Position numbers and translations under genes: made by a program. A stretch of 56,138 bases of DNA, the filler included, from Sphacelaria rigidula (Eukaryota): the NCBI GenBank assembly GCA_964200075.2. It is 4 parts of 4 records of this genome, joined end to end, with 100 filler letters (N's around TTAATTAATTAA, not from the genome) between each part and the next. Parts side by side here need not be neighbours in the genome. Positions count along the whole stretch, not along the records: positions 1 to 13,960 come from CAXNAA020002548.1; positions 14,061 to 28,020 come from CAXNAA020002549.1; 2 more parts are not named here. The stretch is one strand, 5' to 3'. Under the pieces are notes generated by a model, which ran no database searches, was not told where the DNA came from, and was given only the letters and a program-made list of their open reading frames with translations. Each line of letters starts with the position of its first letter. Position 1 is the first letter of the stretch. Of the stretch, positions 9,285-19,583 are shown one piece after another.

Positions 9285-9413
9285 TGATAATTTGATGTTG
9301 TCCTCGGTTAGCCCGTGAAGAGGCCCAACCAGGCCTTTCGTAGGAATGTTGTTGAAGGGTTTATTGAAGGGCTTATTGACTAGGCGTCGGAACTGAAGTT
9401 CAGCAAAAATGTG

Positions 9414-9842
9414 TTAAATTCTCGCGGTGAACCCGCCGACCGGCGACTTCCTCGAGCCCAGCTTGTTGTCTACGTAAATCCTAAATATGGTTTCCGTGGC
9501 TTTCTCGTGTTGTTGGGAGATGAACTCCTTCATTTCCAACACGTCGACGTTCGCGATGCTCCTGACTTGCTCGGGGGTCAGCATTTCCTCCACCAGGTCA
9601 ACGTAGGCTTTGGCTTGAGACGTGTCGGAGTAAACCGTGATTGGCTGGCTGTCCTGAGAGGCTCGGATGGAGTGTTCGGCTGCCTTCCGCAGCAACTCGG
9701 AGATTTTTAGTACGTGTGCCCGAGGTAGCCTTTGGGATTCGAAGCAGCGAGACGAGATGTAGCTAGTTAGGATCAGCGAGGCCAACACCACGGAGGAGAT
9801 CTTCCAGTAAGCGGTTGAGACCTGGGGGTTTAGTCTCTCCAT
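9414..9842 (-). CDS. Conserved NCLDV (Phycodnaviridae/Imitervirales-type) small membrane-anchored protein (142 aa)
   Basis: N-terminal TM helix, then LLRKAAEHSIRASQDSQPITVYSDTSQAKAYVDLV...PEQVRSIANVDV. This matches my recollection of the algal-virus family pattern LxRQAARWSxAAxQDxxPxIAxxHANYAxGY...EIxxATGID. Confidence 0.72.
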   Translation of the reverse strand: MERLNPQVSTAYWKISSVVLASLILTSYISSRCFESQRLPRAHVLKISELLRKAAEHSIRASQDSQPITVYSDTSQAKAYVDLVEEMLTPEQVRSIANVDVLEMKEFISQQHEKATETIFRIYVDNKLGSRKSPVGGFTARI

Positions 9843-9890
9843 GATGATAACAGCTGTTATTTTTTAATGAACAGAAAACATTTTTTTTAA

Positions 9891-11636
9891 TTAAACACCC
9901 GCCACGAGGCTTCGGTTGCTCCGGTGACCGGGCCTCGAGTAGGGATTCGAGAGTAGGCGGAGGGCGTCTCCGGAAGCCATCCTGTCGCTCAAGGTGGTGA
10001 GTTTCATCCGACGTTCTTCGGGCGTAGATTCGCCTTGTTGACTTATGGACGCCAGTCCTAACCTCGTCGAGTTTGACACGTTCTTGCCCCGGTTCAAGGA
10101 GACTCCTAGGTCGTCATCGTTCTTGAGAGTCATGTCGGTGGTAGCCGTGAGGCTCGACGTCGGGGCGACTCTCAGGTGTCGGGGAAGACTGGTATTCTGC
10201 GGAGCCGCGAGGTTGTGACTTGTGAACTCTCTTTGGTTGATGCTGGCCTTGGACTCGTTGAGCGTGACCTCTCTGTCGTTCAGTCCCATGTCGTTGTTCG
10301 TGCGAAGGCTTGCGCCGCGGACTCTTCCAGCCGTGTCTTCCTCGGCGAGCTTGTCGTCAGTGTGTTCGTGGTCCTATTTTACCACGAGTGCGCCTGGGCC
10401 GGAAGCCTTGGAAGACGACATGAAGTCTACCTTGGACGCCCCGAGTGCCAAGGCTTCGTCCTTGGCCTTGGGTTTGAAGTTTGCGTTCGTGTCCGTCGCC
10501 TGCAGTCGGCTTCCTCCTGGAGCTCCGAGAATTGTCTGCGTGGCGATGCTGGCATCCCGCGTGGTGAGAGCGTCTTCGCTTATGCTCGCAGGTTTGGGTC
10601 TGGACGCCCTCGATAGGTTCGCGTTCTCGGACACCTTGTACGAGTCGACCGTGTCGTCGTGGGCAACCTTGAAAGAGGGTAAGAGCTCGGAAGACTGCTG
10701 CACGGGAGCCTTCGACCCGGCTGGTATCGTGTGTTCGTCGATCAGCCATGCTTCTGCGTTCGACCCTTCGAGCTCGAACGACGCGTCAGGTATTCCTACC
10801 TTGAACGACGCCGCCACGGGTGCTCCCGTGTGGTCTATGACAAGCTCGCCCCGTGTGTTGTCGAGGTGACTCTTCGCGCTCGACTTGCCAGCTCCGGTGA
10901 AGTTCCCCTTGGACCCGGCTCCCATCTCCAATCGCGGTTCATCGTTCAGAAGGAACTTGTGGTACCGCTGTAGCTGTCGTTGGCCCCGGAGTCCTCCGCC
11001 TCCCTCGTTCTGGGTGCTGATGCCTTCGACGGGAGTCTCGAAGTGTTTTTCTCTCGACCTTGAGATCGTCCTCTGGGTGTGAAGGTTTTCGAGTTCCCGA
11101 AGCTTGGAAGGAATGTCTTTCTTGTGTACATCGTCCCTGTCAGATTTGCTGGGGAACGCGACCTCTTTTTCGGTCTTCGCTGGCTTGTCAGCGTTCTGGA
11201 CGGCGATCATCCACGGCTTCTGGGTGACGGAGAAGCCCGTGGCTCGGGTGTCTTGAGGGTAAAACTGCTCCTGGAACCCTTTTTGGTCTTCTTCCGGCTG
11301 AGGGTTACCTCTCTGGTGATGTGTTTCCAAGACTCCTGGCGTGTTAACGCCCAGCCTGGGCGGAGCACCTGAAGCACTTGGAGCACCTGGAGCACCTTGA
11401 GCACTAGTTCCTAGAATAAAGTCCGAGGTTTCAGGCACGTAGGTTTCGGAATTGTTGGTGCCTTGGTCGGTTTCAGCGGTGTTAGTGTCTTCTTGGTTTG
11501 CACTTGCAGAACTTGCAAAACTTGCAGAACTTGCTGAACTTGCTGAACTTGCTGAACTTGCAGAACTCTTCTTCCTCTGCTGCACATACTTGTGAGCCAC
11601 GAGAGATGAAGCTATGAGGACGAGAACGGTGTCCAT
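9891..11636 (-). pseudogene. Probable tape-measure-type minor capsid protein (PBCV-1 P2-like) with one in-frame TAG at 10374-10376
   Basis: ORFs 10374-11642 and 9891-10289 share a frame, and the intervening codons are open (VVK*DHEHTDDKLAEEDTAGRVRGASLRTNNDMGL), giving 581 codons from ATG 11636. N-terminal hydrophobic anchor, largely disordered S/T/A/G/D/K body, KEVAF...ETPVE...GGGLRGQRQLQR block and C-terminal LLSNPY. Confidence 0.6.
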
Positions 11637-11743
11637 GTTCAATGTATTGGGTATAGAAAATAGATTTATTATTTGGATAACATTTTAACTCTGAATATTT
11701 TACATCCAGACCTCAAAAAACTATTTTTACTTGAGACTCACAT

Positions 11744-12160
11744 TTAGACAGGGAGGTTCTTCTTCGCCGTCGCCAGGGCCTTGGCCTTCCTCTTGACGTC
11801 CTTCTTCAGGCGAGTCACGGTCTTGCTCTTCCCGCTCACCTTGGCCTTGTACTTCTTCACCATGGCGTTCGCCTTCTTCCTGGCCTTGGTCCCCTTCTTG
11901 GTCTTCTTCAAGGCTTTGGTGGATCTCGCCAGCTGCCTCTTCTTCGCCGCGAGAGACTTCTTGGCCTTCTTGAGCTGAGACCGAGCCTTCCTCAGGGCCT
12001 TGGCCTTCCTCTTAAGAACCTGCTTGTTCGAGAGGCACGACTTCTTCGACTTGCTCCTTCGGGAGTGGGGAGGACAGATGGCGTATTTCGACCTGCGGCG
12101 CTTCACGAGAGCCCTAGACTTCCTCCTCACCACCAACGCTCGCGACTTCGTGGACGGCAT
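11744..12160 (-). CDS. Highly basic K/R/A/S-rich histone-H1-like protein, candidate virion DNA-condensing protein (138 aa)
   Basis: ATG at 12160 (MPSTKSRALVVRRKSR). Almost no acidic residues, a CPPHSRRSKSKKSC motif, repeated KRKAKAL units and strong AAG/GCC codon bias. Confidence 0.8.
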   Translation of the reverse strand: MPSTKSRALVVRRKSRALVKRRRSKYAICPPHSRRSKSKKSCLSNKQVLKRKAKALRKARSQLKKAKKSLAAKKRQLARSTKALKKTKKGTKARKKANAMVKKYKAKVSGKSKTVTRLKKDVKRKAKALATAKKNLPV

Positions 12161-12234
12161 GTTGAAATTAATATGTTTACGATACAATGAACACATAGAA
12201 AAAAGGGCAGAAACGTTCAAATCTCAAACCAAAA

Positions 12235-13626
12235 ATGTCTGCCAAAAATAGTCAGAGGGAAAAACGAAACGGTCGCACCAACCTCTCAGAAACATCAGAA
12301 ACAGTCAGCATGATACAGGAGGTAATTGCACAAGCGGCCTTCAACATGGGCGACTTCCTGCGGTCGAGACACGGTCGAGTGGTCGATGTGGAAGAAATGA
12401 GGGAAGTGCTCGAAATCTACGAGCGAGAGCTCCGAGAGTTAGGTTCGGGGTTCCACGACCGAAGAAGAAGGAAGTTCTCCAAGACAAAGGTCGAAAGGAT
12501 CGAGAATTCCATGACTCCAACGGGGGTGAAGAAGCTGGGCGACGCCAGGAAGACGCTGAGGATGCACATCGAGGCGACTCGTCGAAAGTCGCAGCGGTCA
12601 GAGAAGCTGCCGCCTATAGTTTCTCATGTCTCGACGGAAAGCTACGGTTTCGACGACAAGCCCGACGACTTTGTTCGAAAGATGCAAGAGTGGGGATCCT
12701 ACCCGGTCGATGATCGCAGGTACTACCTCCACATAGTGTTCCGGTACTACTTCAAGCAGTACCACGACTACGCCGTGTCAGCTCTCTTGGTCATTCCTCA
12801 GCCCTCGTACCAGTGCATCCTGGACACTCTGTACCCGAACAATTGTGCAAATCGATTCCCACCAGAGTTCAGGAGGTTCTTGGTGGACTCCGCGGGAAGA
12901 ACCATCGCTATCCACAGCCTCCCGGTTCCTCTCAAGGGCAGCGCTTCGGAAGTAACGTACGCCCACAACTTCGAAGCCATCCCGCACGTCTCAACCCTTC
13001 GGAGGAAGACTGAGTCGATCGTTCTCGACTGGAAATCGTCCAAACCACAGAAATACCCCGTGTACCCGCCCTACCTCTTAAGGGGGAACGAGCACAACGG
13101 TTTCATCGTCGAAAGGGAATGCTTCGCTCGAAGAATCGACGACGTGAAGAAGGGGCTGAGCAGAATCGCCGATGTAGACTTCTCCAAGCTTGAATCCGTG
13201 AGTTTGGAAGTTCCAACGGCTTTGACAGCTTACGACGACTACACGCTCCACCAATTCAAGACCGTGGGAGAGCAGCTGAACGAGAGGATCGGCTTCTTCA
13301 TGAGAAACACCTACCGCGACATCTTCTACGCGCTCGCCGACCATGGTTTGGTGGACGACCTCTTCGTCGCGTCGGGGGGAGGCATGGAGGTTCTGGTTGC
13401 TTTCCAAGCGTTCTGCACACCAAGACACATGAAGGGTTCAGCTTTGTTGTGCGAGAAAGACGAATCTCTATGCCGCGCGTTGCTCATGGTTATCGTCGAC
13501 GTCTGCTTCTTTTTCAACGTTTACAAAAATCGAGCGCTAGGTTTGGAGGACTCGACCCAAGTCATTGTTGATGCTGTAGACGCAGTAACTCGGGCGAACA
13601 CCGCCCAAAAAAATCAAAGGCCATGA
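12235..13626 (+). CDS. Viral hypothetical protein (463 aa; true start may be the later MIQEV Met)
   Basis: Long uninterrupted high-GC3 ORF, divergent from the basic-protein gene. Basic NLS-like DRRRRKFSK; no recognised domain. Confidence 0.85.
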   Translation: MSAKNSQREKRNGRTNLSETSETVSMIQEVIAQAAFNMGDFLRSRHGRVVDVEEMREVLEIYERELRELGSGFHDRRRRKFSKTKVERIENSMTPTGVKKLGDARKTLRMHIEATRRKSQRSEKLPPIVSHVSTESYGFDDKPDDFVRKMQEWGSYPVDDRRYYLHIVFRYYFKQYHDYAVSALLVIPQPSYQCILDTLYPNNCANRFPPEFRRFLVDSAGRTIAIHSLPVPLKGSASEVTYAHNFEAIPHVSTLRRKTESIVLDWKSSKPQKYPVYPPYLLRGNEHNGFIVERECFARRIDDVKKGLSRIADVDFSKLESVSLEVPTALTAYDDYTLHQFKTVGEQLNERIGFFMRNTYRDIFYALADHGLVDDLFVASGGGMEVLVAFQAFCTPRHMKGSALLCEKDESLCRALLMVIVDVCFFFNVYKNRALGLEDSTQVIVDAVDAVTRANTAQKNQRP

Positions 13627-13632
13627 TAAAAG

Positions 13633-13896
13633 ATGGTGGACGTCGAAACTCCCGTGTTGGTGATTGGAATCGTTGTTTCTGTTCTCTGGGCAGTTACTAT
13701 CGTTCACCTATTGGTGACGCCAAACAAACAACATCTAGCGTACCGTGCTGACTGCGTTGACGAGGACTCGTTTGAATGCATCGTCGATGAAGGAACTGAC
13801 GAGGACCGCTGGAGGCGTTTTCACCAAACCATTAAAAACCGTTTATTTTCACCAAAAAAGGAACATTCGCGTGCGCTCCAAAGCTCACAATTATAA
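13633..13896 (+). CDS. Small single-pass membrane protein (87 aa)
   Basis: ATG 6 nt after the previous stop; hydrophobic VLVIGIVVSVLWAVTIVHLLV. Confidence 0.6.
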   Translation: MVDVETPVLVIGIVVSVLWAVTIVHLLVTPNKQHLAYRADCVDEDSFECIVDEGTDEDRWRRFHQTIKNRLFSPKKEHSRALQSSQL

Positions 13897-13960
13897 TCTC
13901 AACTCTTGATTACACGAGTATTCACCATCTCGAACCCGTCCACCGAAGAATTTGCCGGTA

Positions 13961-14060
13961 NNNNNNNNNNNNNNNNNNNNNNNNNNNNNNNNNNNNNNNN
14001 NNNNTTAATTAATTAANNNNNNNNNNNNNNNNNNNNNNNNNNNNNNNNNNNNNNNNNNNN
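13961..14060. other. Artificial contig linker
   Basis: N44-TTAATTAATTAA-N44 (stops in all six frames). Confidence 0.98.
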
Positions 14061-14619
14061 CGTGGTGGGCGGGGGGGGGGGGGGGGGGGGCGTAATCATT
14101 TGTTGCTTGCCTCAGCTGTTTGACCATTGACCACGCATCCCTTTCGAGACGCAGCACCGTTCCTACTCCTATTAGAGACACCTCCAACATTTTGGCGTTC
14201 ATTGCGTTTCACCCATTCATTACACAAAAGCTTTTACATATCCTATCTCTAGCCTGTTTCGCCGTCTGTGGCCACCGTCGGGGACGGGGGGGAGGGGGGA
14301 GCTGTGCGTAACGTTCCACTATATTGAAGCCGAAAAAGATGGGTCAAAATATACAGTGAACAGGGGTTGTTCCGCCGAACATGTGAGAGCGCTCTGCTGC
14401 TGACAACAAGGGGAAAACAGTTGCAAGAGCATGGATGCCGAGACTCTCCTCAGGGAACCTGTGCAGAGCAAGCAAACATAAAACAAACGAAACCATCCGC
14501 ACCGTCAGCATGGGAATACTTGACGAAGTGAGCACGCTCACGAGCCCTCTATGTCGGCAAGACGTGAGTGAGCCAGTGAATGGAAGAAATACGGCCCGGA
14601 GATGGCAGCACACACTCAC

Positions 14620-16930
14620 CGAGTTCCAGCTGAAAAGTCCACGCGCGTGAATGCCCCCTGCAGCGTGGGACTGTCGAATTTCCCTCACGATCCCACTTGC
14701 CAGCGACAGCACCGGCGTCCCCACCGGGCACTCCAGGTCTATCGCGTGGAGGGTACCGGGATAAAAATGCGTGAACTGCCCGCCCATGCCCTGATTCAAA
14801 GACAAGTCACGGTGTGGTAGGGAACGAGTATGTGTGAAAATATAGGAACCAAGCCATTCGGATGGGCATTGCGGCAACATAATAGAAGGCATTAAGATCG
14901 ACGGCAACGCCACACCGTGCATAGGACAGCTACAATACGTGGCAGGGAAGCCATAACACACAACGTAGGAACGGTAGTTGGGCAAGAGCGGAACCCAAGT
15001 TGTGGCGAGACTCGGGTGGTTCCGTACGAGCTTGCCTATGTGAAGGTGGGGTCAATGGCCGAGCAACCGCGGACAGGTTAGCGCTGCAAGCATGTGGAAG
15101 CAGGATCATGCCAGAGAGGGCATCACAAGAGCACCGTGGTGAGCGCTGAAAGAGCTGCGCCATTTGATAGATCAATAGTGAGCATGAACCATCAATCACC
15201 TGATGAGTAAAAGCATTGCACGCATCTAAATGCGCAGGAGGTCAAGCCGGAATCTCCGGCATTTGAGCTGAAGATGCCGCCTAAAAATTGGGCAAATGCT
15301 CACTGTCGCGAAAGCGCATCCCGGACCTCGCGTTCCCCAGGAAAATACAGAGTTGCGAAACGCCAAGCATACAATTTGCCCTTTTTTTTTATCATATGCC
15401 AACCAACAGAACGGACAATGAAACAAGAGTACCCCCTCTCTTTCATTGAACGTGATCACGTACCTGGGAGCATAATCGCGGGGCGTCTCCGCCAAGAGGA
15501 AAAGGGTACGATCGAGAGGATTCCCACGCGGAGGGGTCTGGATGTGCCTTCACGCTTTTTACGTCGGAAAATAGATCCATTGGTTCCTCCCCAGTTGCTT
15601 GGGCTGCAGGGGAACAAGTTTGCAAACGAGTGAGCAAATGCGTTACATATCAACCCCCTTCCGGAGCGGAAGGGTCTCGTGACACGTTGTCTTGGGCTAT
15701 GCACGTCAAGACCTTCATTCTGGCAAAACCAAATCGTCGAACAGGCAGAAGTTCGGGCATCCAATGGCAGAGACAAGTACCACGCACCCTTGTCACTACG
15801 ACAGCGACGCCTGACAATCTTCTCGCCCTATCTTTACCACAGCTCCAGTAGTGTAAATTATGTGAGGGAACAATCATATCGCAAGTGGCGAGGTCAGAAC
15901 AAAATATGTGTGTGCGTGCGCGTGCGTGTACTGCTACTGAAGCACTCGTACCGTCGTTGACCTCGAGGTAGCAAGCCTCGATTACACCTCGAGGTTTGAC
16001 CACCAGTACCAGAGTGACAACGTTCTCCTCCCGCCCGTCGTTATCCCTGGTTTTCCCGGTGGGCAAGGTTCGCCGTTGGCGATCCAGAGCTCGATGGCTG
16101 GTCGTGATGAAAAATGACTTCTCCAACTCGTGGTCTGTGTTGATAACACTACGAAAGAAAACATAGCAACAGGCAACGCGGGCAAGAGTACATATTTAAC
16201 GGAAAATATCCCTCCGACTACGTCGGTGGCAAGCATACTTTGAGTTTCAAAACCATACAGCGTTTCGCACTTACAAGTATCAGTCATTTACCGTCACCTC
16301 TGCCCTATGAAAGTGCCGTACCTTAGTGTCGGCTGTGTGAGAATCGATGGTCATGCTGTGGACAGATACAACGTCACGACGGGTATCAACCTGACCAGCC
16401 ATCACAGTGCTTCAAGGGCGTTGACAGAAATAACCGAAAACCTGACGGCATCACTGTGAAGTCTAAACTCCGCAAAGGCAACTCCCGCTCCTCGTTGTCC
16501 ACCACAACAAATCAGTGAGGCTACCACCAAAGGCATATGAAATTCCGCAGAACCAGATGGTTGTGCGCCCGTGACACTTGTGCAGCGCTCACGTAGATCT
16601 GCATCTATCATACTAATTAGAAGCTCAACAGTTGGCGCTAAAGTCGGCAAGAGCGATGAGCATGACCCCGCCAATATATGAAACCGCATTTCTTGCGCAC
16701 CTGAGTGACTTTGTTTCGGGGTCAACTATCATATCCGGCACGCAGTCTTCCTCGCTGCACTCTAAGCCATAGTCCTTGGGGTCGAAATCGGACGCCTCGA
16801 TTATCCAGGGTGCAGTGTGATGCGCAACGTGGCATCCTGATTGGCTCGCGGGAACGTAGTTCCCTTCGAAGGTGGTTGGGGTCCCGCTCGACTTCCTTAT
16901 TTTCTTGCCGCTTTTCTTTTTCTTCGGCAT
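14620..16930 (-). CDS. Spliced host gene encoding a bacterial-type M23 metallopeptidase domain protein (3' part missing)
   Basis: Phase-compatible GT-AG exons 16930-16701, 16148-15952, 15603-15464 and 14790-14620. They translate to ...YPFPLGGDAPRLCSQGMGGQFTHFYPGTLHAIDLECPVGTPVLSLASGIVREI..., i.e. the M23 QGxxGxFxH...AIDxxxPxGTPVxA pattern. The HxH exon was not found before the contig end. Confidence 0.82.
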
Positions 16931-19546
16931 CACTGCTTCTTGGCCTATGTGACGTTCCTCTCTTTTCCGTCGCGGTCCTCACGCTGGCTGGCAATGGTTG
17001 TGTTCTGGACTGCTGCACCTGTAATAATCGGAGAGCGTGTGGAGCAGTTGCGCTGCAGATGGTTCAGCGATAGCAGTACCACGTTACTGTTGTTTTTTTC
17101 AGTTTTTTCTTTCGGTTTTTCAAGTTGTTGCACTGTCATGATTTTCATCTCCGATTATCCTTCATCCTTTTCGTTTCGCCGTTGGTGTTCCTATCACACC
17201 GACGCCCGTACTGGCTTTACTGGTTGTTTGCTCGTTGTGTGTCGACTGTGTTTTGTCAGTCAATAGAAGCTAGTACGTATACCGCTGCCGCGCAAATCGC
17301 GCGTTTTTTTAACAAACTTCGTGGCGAGTCTTGGAGGGATGCATTTACCTGGTACCTGTCTTGAATCCTTTCGAAAATTTCACACCCACTGTGTCGAGAC
17401 TTAACGGAACATGGAGGGATATCTGCGTTTGGCCATTCGATCGTAGCGTAGCGCGTATATTCTCCTGTCCTCCTGAGCAGAGTGCTGGTCAACAAACTTG
17501 GTAAGGAGTCTCGCAGACGTGTGTTCACTCCGTATTTGTCCTTAATCACCTGGAACAGTTTCCTTCAACTGTTGCAAGATTAATGGAATACAGACAAAGA
17601 ACTGGACGATGCCATCAAATAGGCACCCCCATCCAGGAATTCTGGAGGTCTGGGCGTGGGGATCATATCCATACAGCTTGTTTCCGTGGACACACGCCAC
17701 CAAAGCAGCCGGACAAGGTATGCTTTTTTACGAAATTACAGTTGCCAACACAAGCAACGCATCGTGTACTTGAAAATATGCCTGGGATATCACAATGTCT
17801 TTCAGGGAGTCAGCTCACACAAAGGCAACACAACGTTCATGTGGCAACACTAATTGCTGGTGAACGTATGGTGCAAGTTCACAACATTCTAGTATTCGGC
17901 GATGTCACACCTTTCCGGGAAAATGTAAACCTCGGAAAGCACGCATCAGGCAGTCGATTCAGGTGTGGGCTTTATCATTGGGTAAATCACCGCAAAAGCC
18001 ACATCGAGAACGCGTCCTGTGACATCGGCAATGAATATAATCCACACGTCCATGCCGGGAAGGGCTGTCAAGGTTTGCACAGCGGCATGCGAAAGCAAGC
18101 CATGCCCGCAACTCGGTGCTTTTCTGAAATAATTTTGTGTTGGTTGACACCCCAAATAATCATGTATGTCTTGAATTGTATAACTGTTTTTCGGGAGTAC
18201 GAATTGTGTCTCTCATTGTACAACAAGACTTCCATGATTGCCGAGCAGATATCTATCTATACGACAGCACAGGTCACCCCACCAGCAAGTCGAGTGCGCT
18301 CTTCGTGACACGGCTAGTCGCCGTGTGCCAGTGGTACAGACTTCAACGTTGGGGCGGCGAAAATATATCATATAACCGCTGTCACCAGATTTGGTGCATT
18401 GCACCGCCGACTTGTTTCTTAATGGTACGTGAAATGTTTACACCCTGGGCGACACGTGGTCAATAGTTGCAATAGAAAAAATGCACTGCGAAGAATAGGC
18501 ATATTGCAAATATGACCACATATTGTCCAAGGCGTGTAAACGTTGCATCAGCCGTGTCGTACACATCCGACTTGGCGCCACCACCACGTGGATCGCGCAG
18601 GAGAAATCTCAGAGATTCGAGCAAGGTATTCACCATCGCTGACCTGTGGTATGTAGTGCGCGCCTCCACGATTTTTGGGGAGAGCGACTGCTCCACACTC
18701 ACGATATCACACAACACGAACACTGTGAGCCACAGATAGTTTGGCCATTCCGTGGCTGAAAAATTCACCATCCGCACCATTGCGATTGCCTCATTTGAGG
18801 TCATCTTTTGTGTGTGACGGAGTAGGAACTCCAAAAAAAAAGAAAGAACCTCTTTCGGGGCTTCGGCGTTCTTGTCCGCCCGAAAAGAGGTCTAGGCGAT
18901 GTCTTCCTCCCCAGAAACACTCTATTGTGAAGGAACTTCAGCACACTTCGCCGATTTTCGTGCAAGCAACTTGACTAGGTCCGAAATAGATTTTTTCTGA
19001 AGAAGGCAAAATATGTTGGAGCTCAGGAAAAAAACAATTGAGAGAGCCAGTCTTGTGGGTTTGTGCCAAGAGTCCCTCATCAGTCGAAACTCAAACTGCG
19101 CGGCGGTGCAGAATGAGCCCTTATTTTTTCGGGCAGAGAAAGAGCCGGAGCGCCTAGATTGACGTTTCCTATGAATACCCCTTTTTCTCAAATGCAACCA
19201 GGAATACTAGCGTGCTTAGCGAGGTTATTTCCAGGGGACAGGGCCGGACCCTGTCGCTTGACCTTTACCTGTACCAGTGTACACTTAGACGGGGATACTC
19301 ATTTTCTCGGTTTATCAGAGCACTTTATTATGTCGGGTGCATCTTTCAAGTTCCGATGTTTCGAATCGAGGCGCTACGCATGTATCAAATGAAAAAACAG
19401 CTATTGCATGCACGGGGCAGTCATGAGGGAACGCGAAAAAGTAAAAAAATGTACAAATAACATTATTGTGCAGGACTGCGCATATGTGCATGTGCACGCA
19501 CGTATCTCCGCACACCATGGCACCCGCCACACGTGAACACACACAT

Positions 19547-19548
19547 AT

Positions 19549-19583
<35 letters not shown>
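19547..19583. repeat. (CAT)n microsatellite
   Basis: About 12 ATC/CAT units. Confidence 0.95.

Larger units (their letters stand above)
1..13960. mobile_element. Phaeovirus-like giant virus (Nucleocytoviricota) segment, probably an endogenous viral element, partly pseudogenised
   Basis: Dense intronless ORFs with short AT-rich intergenic spacers. Gene content is NCLDV-type: conserved membrane protein (9414-9842), tape-measure-like protein, basic DNA-binding protein, Bro-N-like and RING proteins, and a beta-helix/CBM32 enzyme. It is co-assembled with brown-algal-type contigs. No host junction is visible. Confidence 0.8.

Noticed and set aside
10371-10379. Programmed amber readthrough or alternative genetic code
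   Set aside because: The TAG GAC context is not a known leaky-stop context and other long ORFs have no internal TAGs. Other genes in the contig also carry lesions, pointing to decay.
11744-12160. DVNP (dinoflagellate/viral nucleoprotein) assignment
   Set aside because: The conserved DVNP core motif is absent; only the basic composition is shared.
2342-13517. Long antisense or overlapping ORFs (e.g. 2583-3251 +, 3578-4450 +, 10222-10869 +)
   Set aside because: These are shadow frames expected opposite high-GC3 genes, with non-ATG starts and no independent motifs.
14005-14016. TTAATTAATTAA palindrome (also in the other two gaps) as a biological site
   Set aside because: It is a six-frame-stop spacer embedded symmetrically in Ns.
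13900-14120. Apparent virus-host integration junction
   Set aside because: The boundary is an artificial linker between length-sorted contigs, so there is no physical evidence of adjacency.
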